Source: a virus
DNA length: 64,000 nt
IMG/VR virus record: IMGVR_UViG_3300035137_000026
Coordinates: 1 to 64,000 of that record
Direction: 5' to 3' (one strand)
Part shown: positions 45,640 through 57,492 of the stretch, in pieces
How positions within the stretch are numbered: position 1 is the stretch's first letter
Layout: each line of letters starts with the position of its first letter
Made by a program: the position numbers and the translations under genes
Notes under the pieces: model-generated
Seen by the model: the letters and a program-made list of their open reading frames with translations, nothing else
The model's database searches: none
What the model was told of the DNA's origin: nothing

Positions 45640-47539
45640 GAGTACATGGCAGTGAGGCCTCGATGTTAGTTTCCCTAGAGCTTGTAACCTGCTCTCGGAG
45701 CTGCTCGTACAGGACCTCTCGTCCGAGCAAATGACGCCTAAGCCTTGCGCAGCTTTTGCTCCATCTGGCTTCGTCAGTTATGGAGATTCTGTCTATCAGG
45801 CTAGGGTGGAAGTCGAAAGTCTTGACGAACCTCCACTTGGGAACCAGTTCACCACTCTTATCCCGGAAGAAGCCTCCATCCTTATGCATTGTATAGCGTG
45901 GTGGGTCGTATAGCCTAGCTTCACGCTTCCACTTACGATGTTGCGCCCATGCCATATAGGCCTTCAGGTCGTAGAGGTTATCAATACGGCTGAAGTGCTT
46001 AGCCAGTAGGTCAAGTACCTTGCGGCGCTCTTCGCTAGACTCCCGATTCAGCTTGAGCCTAGCTTTGATGATGTCTACCATCTTATAGATGGAGTCCCAT
46101 TGCTTCTTAGTCAGGAATTCTTCGGTGAATGCCTGCGCTCTGCGTTGTAGCCATATGCTATCTTTGTGTGAGCTGAAGTGGCTGACTACCTGACCATTGT
46201 TGTTGCGCTCGCCAAGGTTGACTTTCTTTCGTCGGTCGAACCATACCCAGACGGCTATTCGTAGCTGTTCTTCGTCTCCCTTCTTATTTTCTCTCCACTC
46301 ACGGATAAATTCTTCTCGGGCGATACTCAGAGCTGAACGGTGAATAACATCTCCGGTTTTGCGGTCAATATGGTCATTAATAGACCAGTTAGCCCACAAT
46401 ACTTTGTCCGAATGGTACATGCCACGAATCTTGCCGAGGAATCCACCAGAACGGCTACGCTGGCCTGTCATTGGGTCAGTAATCCAGGGTCCATAGAGGT
46501 CCCGTTCACTATCACAGCTTGCTGCTTCGCCAAGTAGCTGGTAGAAAAACTCTACCCTGTTTTCTGCTGCTACTTCTGTGTTGAACACTTCTGGCAACCT
46601 AATGCCTTTGTGGATTCTCCTTGGCTGTGAGTAGCCATAGCCACAGTATGGTGAATTTATACATGTGGTTATGTTGCGCCCGACCTCTCGGTCTAGAGCT
46701 TGTTCATATTGAAGCGTTAGTAGTGTCTGCTCTTGGTCAGTTGTAGCTTTGCTAATTAGCTCCCTGAATGTGTCAGTGATAGTTCTGATAGCGGCTTTGG
46801 TCTCGTCGTCTAGCTCTGGCAGTACTGTTGCTGTTGTGCGGGGGTCGTACCGCATTACGACCTCATCGTCGGACTGTTGAAAAGCTGTCTCAGTGTCATC
46901 GTCAGTGTATTCGTCACCCAGGACTGGGTTCTCAGAGCCGCTGGCTACTGCCGAGACGTCGGTTTCTACTCTAGTAGCAAATGGGCTGTGGTATACGTTG
47001 TGGTCTTGGCCTTTGCTATCGTAGGCGATAGCTCCGAGGATGTCGCTGACTCTCTCGGACTCTGTTTCTGGTAATACTATTCCCAGGGCTTCGAGATACA
47101 ATCTGCTGGCAGATGGCCTCTCGTTGAAAGTCTCTATATCGGCCTCTGATCTATCCGAGCCCCACTCGTTGTATTCGTAGACTTGCGTGATTGGGTCAAC
47201 AACGGCGAATAGTGCAGAATTGCTACGGTTAATGAACCATTTATCTGGATCGCCGAGGACGAACTTCAATGACTGTGGAAGCTCGTCTGTTTTGGTGCGG
47301 GCATCGCCGTAGATAATCTCGTCGTTTGCTTCCTGTAGGAGCATAAGCTCAGGAGTGTATGACCTCCTGTCGCCAGCTACATGTTCTGGTGGGGTTTTTG
47401 TCTTGGTTATATGCCAAGCTTTAACATCTTCTGGCGATGCTTCTACTCTCAGCCAGCCATGACGAGTCCAGACCAGCTTGGATGGCTGAGATGCCTTATG
47501 ACGGTTTCGTGCTCCATTGGAGATAGAATGCCTGTTCAT
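45386..47539 (-). CDS. large hypothetical protein (717 aa)
   Basis: Long ORF with no motif recognised. Confidence 0.75.
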   Translation of the reverse strand: MNRHSISNGARNRHKASQPSKLVWTRHGWLRVEASPEDVKAWHITKTKTPPEHVAGDRRSYTPELMLLQEANDEIIYGDARTKTDELPQSLKFVLGDPDKWFINRSNSALFAVVDPITQVYEYNEWGSDRSEADIETFNERPSASRLYLEALGIVLPETESERVSDILGAIAYDSKGQDHNVYHSPFATRVETDVSAVASGSENPVLGDEYTDDDTETAFQQSDDEVVMRYDPRTTATVLPELDDETKAAIRTITDTFRELISKATTDQEQTLLTLQYEQALDREVGRNITTCINSPYCGYGYSQPRRIHKGIRLPEVFNTEVAAENRVEFFYQLLGEAASCDSERDLYGPWITDPMTGQRSRSGGFLGKIRGMYHSDKVLWANWSINDHIDRKTGDVIHRSALSIAREEFIREWRENKKGDEEQLRIAVWVWFDRRKKVNLGERNNNGQVVSHFSSHKDSIWLQRRAQAFTEEFLTKKQWDSIYKMVDIIKARLKLNRESSEERRKVLDLLAKHFSRIDNLYDLKAYMAWAQHRKWKREARLYDPPRYTMHKDGGFFRDKSGELVPKWRFVKTFDFHPSLIDRISITDEARWSKSCARLRRHLLGREVLYEQLREQVTSSRETNIEASLPCTHVKCLSADEAKRVPALHVQAIPAQAIGKLKWYEITQSGSNQSGAHIPGKGLLGLECEQCGRIIWQLGHTEIPTLRTYEEATNGD

Positions 47540-47737
47540 ATGCCCTCCTTACTTACAGGCTAACAGCTGCTACTTTAGATTGAAGTAGAATGCAACAATT
47601 AAGCAAAATACTCTATCTGCATATCAGCTGTGTGTTGGTGTTCTGATTATATTACTCCTTTCAGTGGGAAAGGCATCCCGACCGGCTCTCGGGTGGGTTT
47701 GAGAGCCGGCCAGGACACCCATTGGGGGAGATGGGAA

Positions 47738-48379
47738 CTACTGGTTAAAGTCGGCCTCGTTGGGATCGAGGCTCTCGGGGGCCTCGTTGTTACTTGCAAG
47801 CTCGTCGACTTTTGTACGGTCGATGATTTCCCTGACGGGTCCGTATGGCTCCTGCTGGGTAGCGAGATGGGCGAGGATGCCGTCTTTGATGGCCGCCCCG
47901 GTTTCGTCGCTGATGACTGAGCCGTTGACTTCTACCTTGGCGTCCTTCATGAGGCTCACAAGTCGGTCGATCTGGCGGTCGATGGGGGAATCCATGAACG
48001 TCAGTTCTCTCATGTAGACCTTGGTGTTGGCATACAACACCTGCTCGCCTTGGCTGTTCTTGCCAACGCTCGGCTGATGGGTCAGGCGGCCGTCGACCTG
48101 AACCAGACGTCCGGGGGCCAAGCTCTGGAAGAGTTTCAGCCCTCTGTCGTTTTCGGGAAGAATAACCTGGACGATTTCCCTGGGCCGTTGTTCACGCCCA
48201 GTGGCTGGGTTGAACTTGGGCTCCTTGGTAGTATCCTCGCATAGCATGGAGAACCGGATGAAGGGGACACGCTTGCGCTCCATCTGTCCGTTCTGTCGGT
48301 TGCGGCGTTCTTTCCAGTCCCATGTTATCATGGGCTTCATTCCGCCGTTGCCGATGATTCCTTGCACAGTAGTTTGCAT
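47738..48379 (-). CDS. SSB-like OB-fold protein
   Basis: GRLVQVDGRL...YANTKVYMRELTFMD; acidic C-terminal tail. Confidence 0.55.
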   Translation of the reverse strand: MQTTVQGIIGNGGMKPMITWDWKERRNRQNGQMERKRVPFIRFSMLCEDTTKEPKFNPATGREQRPREIVQVILPENDRGLKLFQSLAPGRLVQVDGRLTHQPSVGKNSQGEQVLYANTKVYMRELTFMDSPIDRQIDRLVSLMKDAKVEVNGSVISDETGAAIKDGILAHLATQQEPYGPVREIIDRTKVDELASNNEAPESLDPNEADFNQ

Positions 48380-48466
48380 TTCTTACTCCTTGGGCGTAAA
48401 GCCACTCTGTTACCGGTTTATTCAAGGAGGATGGTGGTAACATTCACCCTCCTATTGAGATTCGCC

Positions 48467-50887
48467 TTAAACCCTTACAACTAATAATAGAAGTATTTCT
48501 TGGGATAATGTTTTCTTTCCTTTTTCTGTTTTTTCCTCTCTAGCAGTAGTATGATCATGACGCTGATGGCTATTGGCCAGGCAACTGTTGTGAGGATAAA
48601 TGCAGGGGGCTTGAATCCGAGTGGTCTCTTTCCTCCTTCTGTGATGAGAACTATGAGTAATAGAGTCATGATGCATCCGCATTCGAGCCATATTATAGTA
48701 ATTATCTCAGTCATTTGTTGTTCCTGCCTTCTTTACGCCATGCTCAGCATAGATTACAGTGAGCATGAGGGCTTCGTCCAAGTTAACTAATGCCAGCGTG
48801 CCGAAGACGATTGCTGCCCACAGCATGATTGGAAAGTCCATGCCTGCGATGAATAGTCCTGCTGGGATGCCCAGGGCGAATATCCAAACGGCTGAGGATA
48901 GCTGTGTGCTGTCGTATTTTCCATCTTTCTTGGCACGGATGCCAAAGAGCCGAGCCATGATGGTGACAATGCCCTTAGTGGCATTTGATAGCCGGCTGAT
49001 GCCATGCTTGAAGAATTTAACTATACGTTGCATTGGCTGCCTCCTTGGATGTCTGTGCTGACAGCACGGCAAACCAGATGAGTGCGGGGACAGCAAAGAT
49101 GAGGAACACGATAGGACTTAGTGTGTTGAATGCGAGTGCTATACCACCACCAAGGTAGTAGCAACTGACCACTGTTCCAACAAGTGGTAGTGCTTCTGGA
49201 TGGTGGGTGGCCCGCTTGAATAAGCTTTTAATCTTTGTCCACAGCTTCTTCATTGCCTCCTCCCTCCTTGCTGTCCAGTGGTTTGCAGTCGGGACAGATC
49301 AGCCTGCCATTGACCTCCTTTAACTCGGTATCGATCTGTCCACAGCTGAAGCAATGCTTGTCCTTGACTTCGTTGAATTCGGCGTCAATGGCATCAGGGT
49401 CAGTTGTGGCTGGAATGTCTCTGGTGGCGGCGAATGCACCGTATGGGATGGCTACCATACCGATGACAATAAGTACTACAAACATAGCAATGACCGCCAG
49501 TCCGGTTCCTACGATGCTACCCACCGTCCTTACGGCAATTCCGGTGCCTTTGGTTGCACGGCTCATTACGCCTGAGCACAGGCGCCTCAAGCCAGACCAT
49601 ATACGACCGAGTTGGTTTAACAGTCTCTTCATGTCTTCTCCTTTATCTCCTCTATCTCTTTGTTGAACAATCTCTTGTGCTCCTCTTCTAATAGTCTGGC
49701 GCACGTCTTGTAATACTTCATGGGACGTCATTTACTGAAGCTAATGTAGACCCTTACGTCTCGGAATATCTTAGTATTCTTTTGGTGAGTCTTCTGTTAC
49801 ACAGTGGGCACTGCATTAGTCTTCTTCTTCGGTAAGTTTGTCGTAGCAGTCCTTACAGATAAGCTCCAGCAGGTTGTCTGGGTCCTCGTAGTGTGGACTG
49901 TAGTCACTGTCTATGTAGTTGTCGCAACGCTGGCAGTAAAACATACTCACTGGTTTTCCTCCCTAATCTACCACCAGCCTGAGTATCTCGCTTAGGATGG
50001 TTCTGAGGTTCAGGTCGTCTAGCTGGTGGATGGCCTTGCGGATATTGTTTATCTTGACAATCCGTATGGCCTGTTGGAACGAGCAGCCCCGTTCTTGGAC
50101 TATCTTCTTGGCTTCCTCTAGGTTTAGGGTCCTTGGGTCAGGGGTAGGTTCTATGCGACCAAGGGTGAAGTCTTCTTTATCCTGGGGCATTTAGCTCTCC
50201 TTCGCAGATATTCTTTCCAATCTCTTGGTAGCCTATTGGTGCATGCCTTTCGCAATATACCAATGGGCTGCCGGGGTTTGCCTCGTGTGTGGCTGCCCTG
50301 CGGCAATCCCACTTTGTGCAGTAGCATTGGAGCTTCTTGCCTACTGTTGGGAGATGCTTGAGCTTTGCTAGCTCGTCGGCTATGGTTTGCGTTACTGGGG
50401 TGGCGAAGTCCCTCTTGGTTCTGAGTCTTTCTACCTTCTCTGGTAGGGACTCTTCCTTTGTCCTGCTGAGCATTGTTTAGCTCCGGGTGTCTGGTTTGTT
50501 ACTCTCTTAATATCTTGCCCTTGCTGCAATGGCTCTGATTCTTACGATATTCATAGCCTCGTTGTGCTGTTCAGTCCAGCTCATAGTGTGCCTACCGCTG
50601 TGCCACTCGGCAGCAAGGTCAGCACGTACCTGATCATAGAGCAGTCTGGCCCGACCGCCTCCACCCCAGTCGGTGGAGCGACCCTCATACTTGGGTAGCT
50701 GGTCTGCCATGAGGTCGTTGCGGTCGGATTTGACGGATTCTTGTAGGTCGACGACTTGGTCGGGGTCACATAGGTTGTATGAGTCTCCATTAGCATGGAG
50801 CATGAAGGGCTTCTCTGGAATGGCAGCCCCGTACTCGTCCTCTTGTTCAGTATCCTCGAGAATGTCTTGGGCTGCCTCCAGGTCCAT
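48467..50887 (-). other. cluster of small, mostly membrane or orphan ORFs
   Basis: ORFs 48481-48714, 48707-49096, 49017-49253, 49228-49731, 49963-50190, 50177-50473, 50507-50887. Confidence 0.5.
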
Positions 50888-50902
50888 TAGGTCCTCCTTC
50901 CA

Positions 50903-51397
50903 TTACTCGCATTCGTCGTCTGCATCAGGAATGACGATACACCCGCCGCCTCCATCAGTGCAGTCGGACTCAGTGTAGTCTTCTTCGCAGTAGGCATCGC
51001 CATACTCGTCGACTTCGCACCATATGCCACCATAGATTTTGATGACTGTATCTGAGATGCACTCATCGTCTGGCATCTTACAGGTGACGCCGTCACACGG
51101 GTCGTGACATGCATCGTCGCCGGGTAGGATGACACAGCCCCAGTCACACTCCTCTAGTGTCTGGTCATAGATGCATTCTCCATCTATGCAGTTGTATGTC
51201 TCGTGGTAGATGATTAGTGTGTCCTCGTTCACGCAGTAATCGTTGGGTGAACTATCGCAGACACCATTGTCCAAACAGTCAGTATCTGGTTCGGGGCTGG
51301 CGTCTCCTAGGTCGGTATCGTTGCTGAAGTGTGGGGTGGGGTCCTCTGCACATGCCGCTATAGCCAGCACCATTGAAGCGATTGTCAGGTATTTCAT
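50903..51397 (-). CDS. cysteine-rich acidic lipoprotein
   Basis: Lipobox AIAAC; repeated Cys motifs (DPCDGVTC). Confidence 0.7.
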   Translation of the reverse strand: MKYLTIASMVLAIAACAEDPTPHFSNDTDLGDASPEPDTDCLDNGVCDSSPNDYCVNEDTLIIYHETYNCIDGECIYDQTLEECDWGCVILPGDDACHDPCDGVTCKMPDDECISDTVIKIYGGIWCEVDEYGDAYCEEDYTESDCTDGGGGCIVIPDADDECE

Positions 51398-52229
51398 TGT
51401 ATCTTTCTCCTTAGTTAGGATAAGCAGATATCAGATCGCACAGTACCTGCCATCCGTCGGGTCCGTATTCTTTCTCTGAACTACGGAACCATGTCTCGTG
51501 CAGGATTCGGTGTATCTCACCGTCCTGTTTGTTTCTGCATGCTTGGTGGAAGTCTGCCTCTGCGTCTGGGTAGAACTCCTGGATACAGCCGGCTAGCCTG
51601 TTTTCGAAGGTCAACAACATTTCCCACCACTCGCCAATATTCATGCTTTCACTCCTGCCTGTTGTTCAATATCACTGAAGATATCATAGTTTGGATTCTT
51701 GGCTCTCTCTTCAGCCGACGGAGTCTTCTTCCTTGAATGCCAGCTGAAGAGCTTCTTAACTGCATGGAGGCCAATACTCAAGCCAACACCAGAGATGGCA
51801 GATGTCAGCAGTATAATGATGGCTGTGAGTAGTGTCTTGCCTCCTGCAAACAGAACGAATGAGATGAGTTCCATGGGCTTACTCCTGGTCTAGTGGGCCG
51901 TGCAATTTGAATGCCCTAGCCAAATCCAACTTATTGACTTCATGCTCTGAGTTGGTGTTGTTGTCCTTGTTGCAGTAGATGTCGTTATGAGTAAGGATCC
52001 TGACTGGTTGTCCATTGACGTTTAGGGTTTTCGGTTCCATTGTTCCTCCTTGTCTGTAGGCCAATAGCCAGTCTCTTGTAGCTGTTTTACTTCCTCGTCG
52101 AGCCACTCGTCGGCTGACATGGTATGTCCACAGTGGCCGCAAGCGATGTGCTTTCCGTCTGGCCACTTGTATGTGACTTTGCCTTTATTCTTCTCGGCAC
52201 ACGACTTGCAGCCACAGAGGTGGCCACCC

Positions 52230-52610
52230 TCACACTTTGGGCAATGCATCACTTACCTTCTCGCCGATGATGATGACTTCGGTCTGGTCGTCGAGCAGTT
52301 TCTTGTACTGTTTCTCCCAGCGTGGCTTGAGTACCTTCTTAGTGAAGACTACTCCCATGCTGAGGCCGATGCCGGTTACAACGTTGTAGATCATCATGCC
52401 GATGCCTGTGATGGTGGTAAGCCCCACCCAACCGCCAGTCACCAGCATGATTGTGACGACCACGTCCAGAGGTCCGAGGGTCTTGCACATGAGCAACCTT
52501 GGGCTCCAGGGCCGGCCGAAGAAGGTACTCATGAGCGGAACGTAGTTGATGAGCCAGCATACTGCGAAGGCTCCTCCGAATCCTACCAGCAGAAGTGATG
52601 TAATACTCAT
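52230..52610 (-). CDS. membrane protein
   Basis: Three hydrophobic segments. Confidence 0.55.
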   Translation of the reverse strand: MSITSLLLVGFGGAFAVCWLINYVPLMSTFFGRPWSPRLLMCKTLGPLDVVVTIMLVTGGWVGLTTITGIGMMIYNVVTGIGLSMGVVFTKKVLKPRWEKQYKKLLDDQTEVIIIGEKVSDALPKV

Positions 52611-52613
52611 AGC

Positions 52614-53201
52614 TTACTTCCCTACATGTATTTCGGTACATGCACCTTCTTCGATGATTTCTCTGTGCCATGGATTGAAGAATGTCTCGTCTATGAAGTC
52701 GAGCTTGCCTTCTTCATCCAGTTTGTATTCCTCGCCTTCGATTATGAGGTGAGTGGGAACTCCTTCCTTGTAGTAGTAATAACACTGAGCGTCGATGGCA
52801 GTCCTATCCGCCATACGGCTCAGCATGAACATGAGCGCCAGCCCACCAATGATGGACCAGATGGTGATGAACCATAGTATCTGGTAGATTGGATTAGGCT
52901 TGGGTTTTATGACAGCAGTGGTGTAGGTATATGTAATCTCTGCCACCACGTCGATGTTGTGCTCTTTGAGGTGTTCGGGTGTAGCCAGCTCTGCGATCTT
53001 AATCTTGGGAACGCCGAGGAGCTGGTCTTCCTTCTTGACCTGATAGGCATAGCGCTTGGGCTTGGCCTTCATGTCCTCGAGGGTTGCTCTGGTCTGTGTC
53101 GGCGGAGCGGAGATGATTGAATCATTCATCCTCACGTCGTCATAGACCTTGATTATCCGGATGCCATGTTTCTTTCCCTTAAAGAAATCTGTGAGGGACA
53201 C
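52614..53201 (-). CDS. membrane protein
   Basis: One TM segment. Confidence 0.55.
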   Translation of the reverse strand: MSLTDFFKGKKHGIRIIKVYDDVRMNDSIISAPPTQTRATLEDMKAKPKRYAYQVKKEDQLLGVPKIKIAELATPEHLKEHNIDVVAEITYTYTTAVIKPKPNPIYQILWFITIWSIIGGLALMFMLSRMADRTAIDAQCYYYYKEGVPTHLIIEGEEYKLDEEGKLDFIDETFFNPWHREIIEEGACTEIHVGK

Positions 53202-53215
53202 GGTGTCTTCCGTTT

Positions 53216-54238
53216 CTACAGCTCCCTTAGCGGCACATGGAGTTTCACTAGAGCTGTGCAGTGATTCCAGGTATGAGCTGTGCCACTCTCCTTCTTTGGC
53301 TTGTCACCATCACCCCATGTAAAGGCAAGCAGGGCCTCTGCATCTCTAGCAATCTTTAGGTCTCTTGGCTTGAAACCCGGGGTGACCACTGCTTCAGCCC
53401 CCTGGGCAATGGCTTTGTTGAGACCGTTAATTGTTGATAGGCTGTTCTTACCCATAGCCATGCCGAACTCTTGGTGGTACTTGTTGGTGGCTCGGGCTGT
53501 GGAAGTGGAGCCAACGTATCCACCTTCGTCCAGCGGCGCAGGCAGGTGCAGCCTCAGCTGGTGTGCTCTGCTAGCTAGGTATAGGCTGACTGCTAAGTGG
53601 TCTGACCATGCAGCGCCACCGCTAACTAGCCGGAAATCTTGTGGATTTAGCTGGAGCTTGTTGATATACCCTTGGGCATATCTATACATGTCACCGTATA
53701 GTGTCTTGCTCATCTCGTTGCCATCGACGCCACGTCCGGCGGTGCCGATGATACCGAAGTTCAGGCCGTCGAGTTTGGCTTTAATGGTTGCTCGTGCTTC
53801 CTCTGTAGACAGTGCGGACTGTTGCTGTGTAGCGTGCCTCCTGAGGTACATATTCCTGAATTCGATGACTCGCTTGGGATCCGTCTCTCTTTCCTTAGCT
53901 CGGGCACGAAGTGTCATCTCATCCGGTACATGTAACTCAATGGTTGTCACGTCAGTCCATTGCGAGAGGATGCGGTTGATGGTGGTGTTAGTGCCTGACT
54001 CTACGAATGCTGTGAGATTCTTTTTGTTACAGTCCTCCAGAAATGCTGTGAGGGCATTGGGGATTTTGCGTTTAACGACCTCCCATTTGTCCCAGTCCAT
54101 CTGGTTGTTGACGATACATCCATATTCCTTGTAGAACTCTAGGACATCCCAGTAGTCGATGTCTGACCTATCCAGGAATGGCTGTATTATGTAGGTCTTG
54201 CCACTACACTGTGTACCTTTGATGTGAAGAATCTTCAT
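53216..54238 (-). CDS. P-loop kinase fused to a SLOG (DprA/YspA-like) domain
   Basis: GTQCSGKT; GIIGTAGR...VSGGAAWSD...RD..IA...SGTAHTW. Confidence 0.6.
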   Translation of the reverse strand: MKILHIKGTQCSGKTYIIQPFLDRSDIDYWDVLEFYKEYGCIVNNQMDWDKWEVVKRKIPNALTAFLEDCNKKNLTAFVESGTNTTINRILSQWTDVTTIELHVPDEMTLRARAKERETDPKRVIEFRNMYLRRHATQQQSALSTEEARATIKAKLDGLNFGIIGTAGRGVDGNEMSKTLYGDMYRYAQGYINKLQLNPQDFRLVSGGAAWSDHLAVSLYLASRAHQLRLHLPAPLDEGGYVGSTSTARATNKYHQEFGMAMGKNSLSTINGLNKAIAQGAEAVVTPGFKPRDLKIARDAEALLAFTWGDGDKPKKESGTAHTWNHCTALVKLHVPLREL

Positions 54239-55440
54239 AGCGGGGCTCCTTAGATGTCTTCTCTGTTGCTACTGGGGATACACGCTTGCCTGAGAACCAG
54301 ACCTGCTCTGCTCCTTGCAATATCTCTGATGGCTTGGGCCTGGGCCTCGAGGTTATCTGCGGCCTCTAGTAGGTCAGCTCTGTCTGCTGCTTCTTTGAGG
54401 CACAGGCTGACCTGATCTATCTCCTCGGCGATTTGTTCACCGAGTTTGATGCTAGCCATCAGCTCAAGGTACTTAGGTCTGATGGACTTGAAGAAGCTAG
54501 CCGCTTTTCGGATGCCTGCTTGGGCGGAGTTGACGAGTTGGCTCGCCTTGCTTCCCTGACTGGGAGTTGCTGGCTTCGACTCTTGCTTCTTCCTCTTTTT
54601 GTTCTTGGCTTTCCTCCGCTTTCTGCTTCCTTGGCGTGTCACTATCCCCTCGCTTTCTGGCGATTTCATTTGCCTGTTGTAGGAACTCCTCGTCAGTGAT
54701 GTCATCACTGTACAAAATGAGGTGATGTGTGTCTGTTGAGCCTTTCCAGTCACCTGACTGCTTGCAGAGTGCTGCCAGGTAACGGTAGGCTTGGGGTTTG
54801 TCCGTGAACATTGTGTTCCTCTCTAGTGGACTATTTGTCCTTTCTTCTATTGTGTGGCTGTGTTCATGTGGTAATTATGCCACATGAGGTCGATTTCGTT
54901 GGCTATTTTGAGTGCTTGGCCTATGGCATGCAGCTTGATGCTGGCTAGGTTGACGATGGTATGGGTTGGGTCCATCTCTTGTATTTCCATTGCCTTGGCC
55001 ATGACTTCAAGGTCATCCTCTATCTGAAGTATGAGGATGCTGTATGTCCTTTCGCCTGCTGCGGTCTTAAAACTTGGGGCAATAGCTTTCTTGTCTGTCT
55101 GCTTCGGCATGGCGTCTCAACTCCTCGTTCTTCGCTCGCTGGGCATCCTCAGCCACTCCTAGAGGGCAGTACCTTGTGCATTCGGGGCACATGTTCTTGC
55201 GTTCTAGGAATGCCTTAACTAGGAAGCCCGGTATTTTGTGAAAACAGTGTGGACACTTCATTTCCACCCTCCATCTCACAGAAATGTACACATTTCCGGG
55301 ATACCTCGGATAGCACTACCATTAAATAGTTGAAATAACTATAGAAGGCGGTACTACCTAGAGGTATTCTAGATGTATTGAAGTACATTCTGGTTGTGGT
55401 TTTTTGTGTTTACGTGTAGAAGAGAATATCTGAGGTCTGG

Positions 55441-55974
55441 CTAGGCAGCTGTTTGCTTGTGGAATCTCTTCATGGCAGAGCCAATGCCGGCTACACGGAC
55501 TGGGGTTTTGGGGGCGATGTCGCTGACTTTCTTGTTGGCTTTCTCGGTGACGACGTATAGGCTGCCATCACGGATACACCCCATTAGTTTGAGGGTGTAG
55601 AAGTCCTTGCCTTGAGTAAATCCTCCCGTACGAAGACGGACGATGACTCCGTCGCCTCTGCGCTGGCGGTATGCCCAAGCATCCAGAGTGACGATAACAT
55701 CGTCCTCCTTCAGTTCCTCGGCGGGCAACTCACCACTCCATGTGTAGGCCACCTTATCCAGGCGGCTATCACTATGGAGGTACTTACGTGGGATTGAGGT
55801 GTAGAGTTCTGCTGGCTTGGGTACGTCTTCCATGTACAGGTCCATGAGATTAGCTGATTCTTTATTATCTGACATGGCTTCTGCCTTTCTGTTGACTTCC
55901 GGCCAACGGTTGAATCCAATGAAATACATAAACTGTTGCTCATGTGTATTAGTCCTCCTCTTCCTCCTCTTCAT
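55441..55974 (-). CDS. hypothetical protein
   Basis: ORF track. Confidence 0.55.
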   Translation of the reverse strand: MKRRKRRTNTHEQQFMYFIGFNRWPEVNRKAEAMSDNKESANLMDLYMEDVPKPAELYTSIPRKYLHSDSRLDKVAYTWSGELPAEELKEDDVIVTLDAWAYRQRRGDGVIVRLRTGGFTQGKDFYTLKLMGCIRDGSLYVVTEKANKKVSDIAPKTPVRVAGIGSAMKRFHKQTAA

Positions 55975-56500
55975 TCCCCCATGGCGCAGCTACCAACCAT
56001 GCCGCCGCCAGCTCGATGTACTGGCGATACTCCACGATCTGGGCCGCAGAATATCCATACTTTCGTCCTACTCCGCGATGATGTTCGCGCCACCACGCGA
56101 CGGGATGTTTTTCGCATCCGATCGCCAGCTCGACACGACTACAGGTGGTCAGCTGGTGCGCGGTCCCGCGAATCTGTAGAGGAGATACGCCCCAATAGTC
56201 GCCGGAGACCCTGGCGTCGTCGGTGACCCTGGCGTTGTCGGTGATACAAGCGTCGCCGGAGATCCTGGCGGAGCCGGTGACCCTGGCGGAGCCACAGACA
56301 CAGGCGGAGCCGGAGTGACTCAAATTTTCCTCTGACTCAATCCACCCACCGAGATCGCCAGCGGTAATCCCATGGAGATCTATGTCACGTAGATACTGCA
56401 CGCGATGCAGAGTGTGACCACGTTTGGTCATTTCGCCGGTCAGTCTGTATTTCGGCTGACTCGATTCTCCATTTCTCAATTTTTGTGGTGTGGCTGTCAT
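55949..56500 (-). CDS. left-handed beta-helix hexapeptide-repeat protein
   Basis: AGDLGGWIE.EENLS; GSARVT/GSARIS/DNARVT/DDARVS repeats; GC-rich. Confidence 0.75.
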   Translation of the reverse strand: MTATPQKLRNGESSQPKYRLTGEMTKRGHTLHRVQYLRDIDLHGITAGDLGGWIESEENLSHSGSACVCGSARVTGSARISGDACITDNARVTDDARVSGDYWGVSPLQIRGTAHQLTTCSRVELAIGCEKHPVAWWREHHRGVGRKYGYSAAQIVEYRQYIELAAAWLVAAPWGNEEEEEED

Positions 56501-57036
56501 CTTCTTTGCCTCTCGTTGTGGGCTTTCATCCACCTCTCGACCTCGTGCTTAATGTCTTTGTGTGGTGCTTGGTCGCATGGGCCTTGGAGCTGTGCTATTT
56601 GCAGCTGCCCGTTGCTGGAGTTATACACCTCCAGTATTCCTTGGTACTTATCCTTACGTACTCTGTTCTTGAAACTGGCGCTCACTTTCTTTCACTCCCA
56701 TGCTCCAGCCATGGTTATCTCCATGTGAGCTGTAGAAGGCTATTGCAGGATGCCAAAGCCTTCACATTCTGTGCATGGTGTACCGTCTATCTCCTGACAA
56801 CTACCTTTGCACTTGGGGCAGAGACCATCTTTGAGGTTCTGCTGTTCTGTTTCAATGATGTCACGGCAGTCGTCACATACTGCGGCTGGTCCCGTTGTAT
56901 GGGTCTGACAATACTTGCACTGACTCATGTCTCCTCCTTTTCTGCAAGAAATTGCAGATTATCTGCCTTACAAGGGCTTAGTAGGTAGGATATTTCGGGT
57001 TGGCCGTTAAGAAAGTAATGGCCACCCCGTATACCT

Positions 57037-57492
57037 CTAGGTACTCATCGACTCTGACTTGCAACTGTAGTTACCATTACAGTATTTATTGAGTGCAGCT
57101 GTATACTCCTTGAGTGTCCAGCTCTTGGGGATTTGGCTTGGCATGCGGTGGTGTACAGTCAGTTCTCGTTGTGTTTTGGCTGGGCGGGTCAATATCTTTA
57201 ATTGCCCACTCTCCTCGTTGATGAGACATCCAATTCTACTTGAACTGAATGTATGTGTTGAGCCATCGTATCTACGATGCTCAGTGAACTGGCTTGTGTG
57301 GATGGCTGCTACCTTCCACTTGTCTGGTGGCCACTGCTCTGGGAGAGACTTGCTCCTGTTGCGAGCACCATCTGTCCTGGCAAAGCCATCCCAGTACTTG
57401 TCCTCCTTTGCTCCAGCAATATACCTACAAGGTATCTTAGAGCCATTGGGAGTGAAGTTCTTTTGTCCCTCCAGCTTCAGTGAACCACACAT
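57037..57492 (-). CDS. SRAP/HMCES-like protein
   Basis: N-terminal MCG and HHRMP motif. Confidence 0.5.
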   Translation of the reverse strand: MCGSLKLEGQKNFTPNGSKIPCRYIAGAKEDKYWDGFARTDGARNRSKSLPEQWPPDKWKVAAIHTSQFTEHRRYDGSTHTFSSSRIGCLINEESGQLKILTRPAKTQRELTVHHRMPSQIPKSWTLKEYTAALNKYCNGNYSCKSESMST

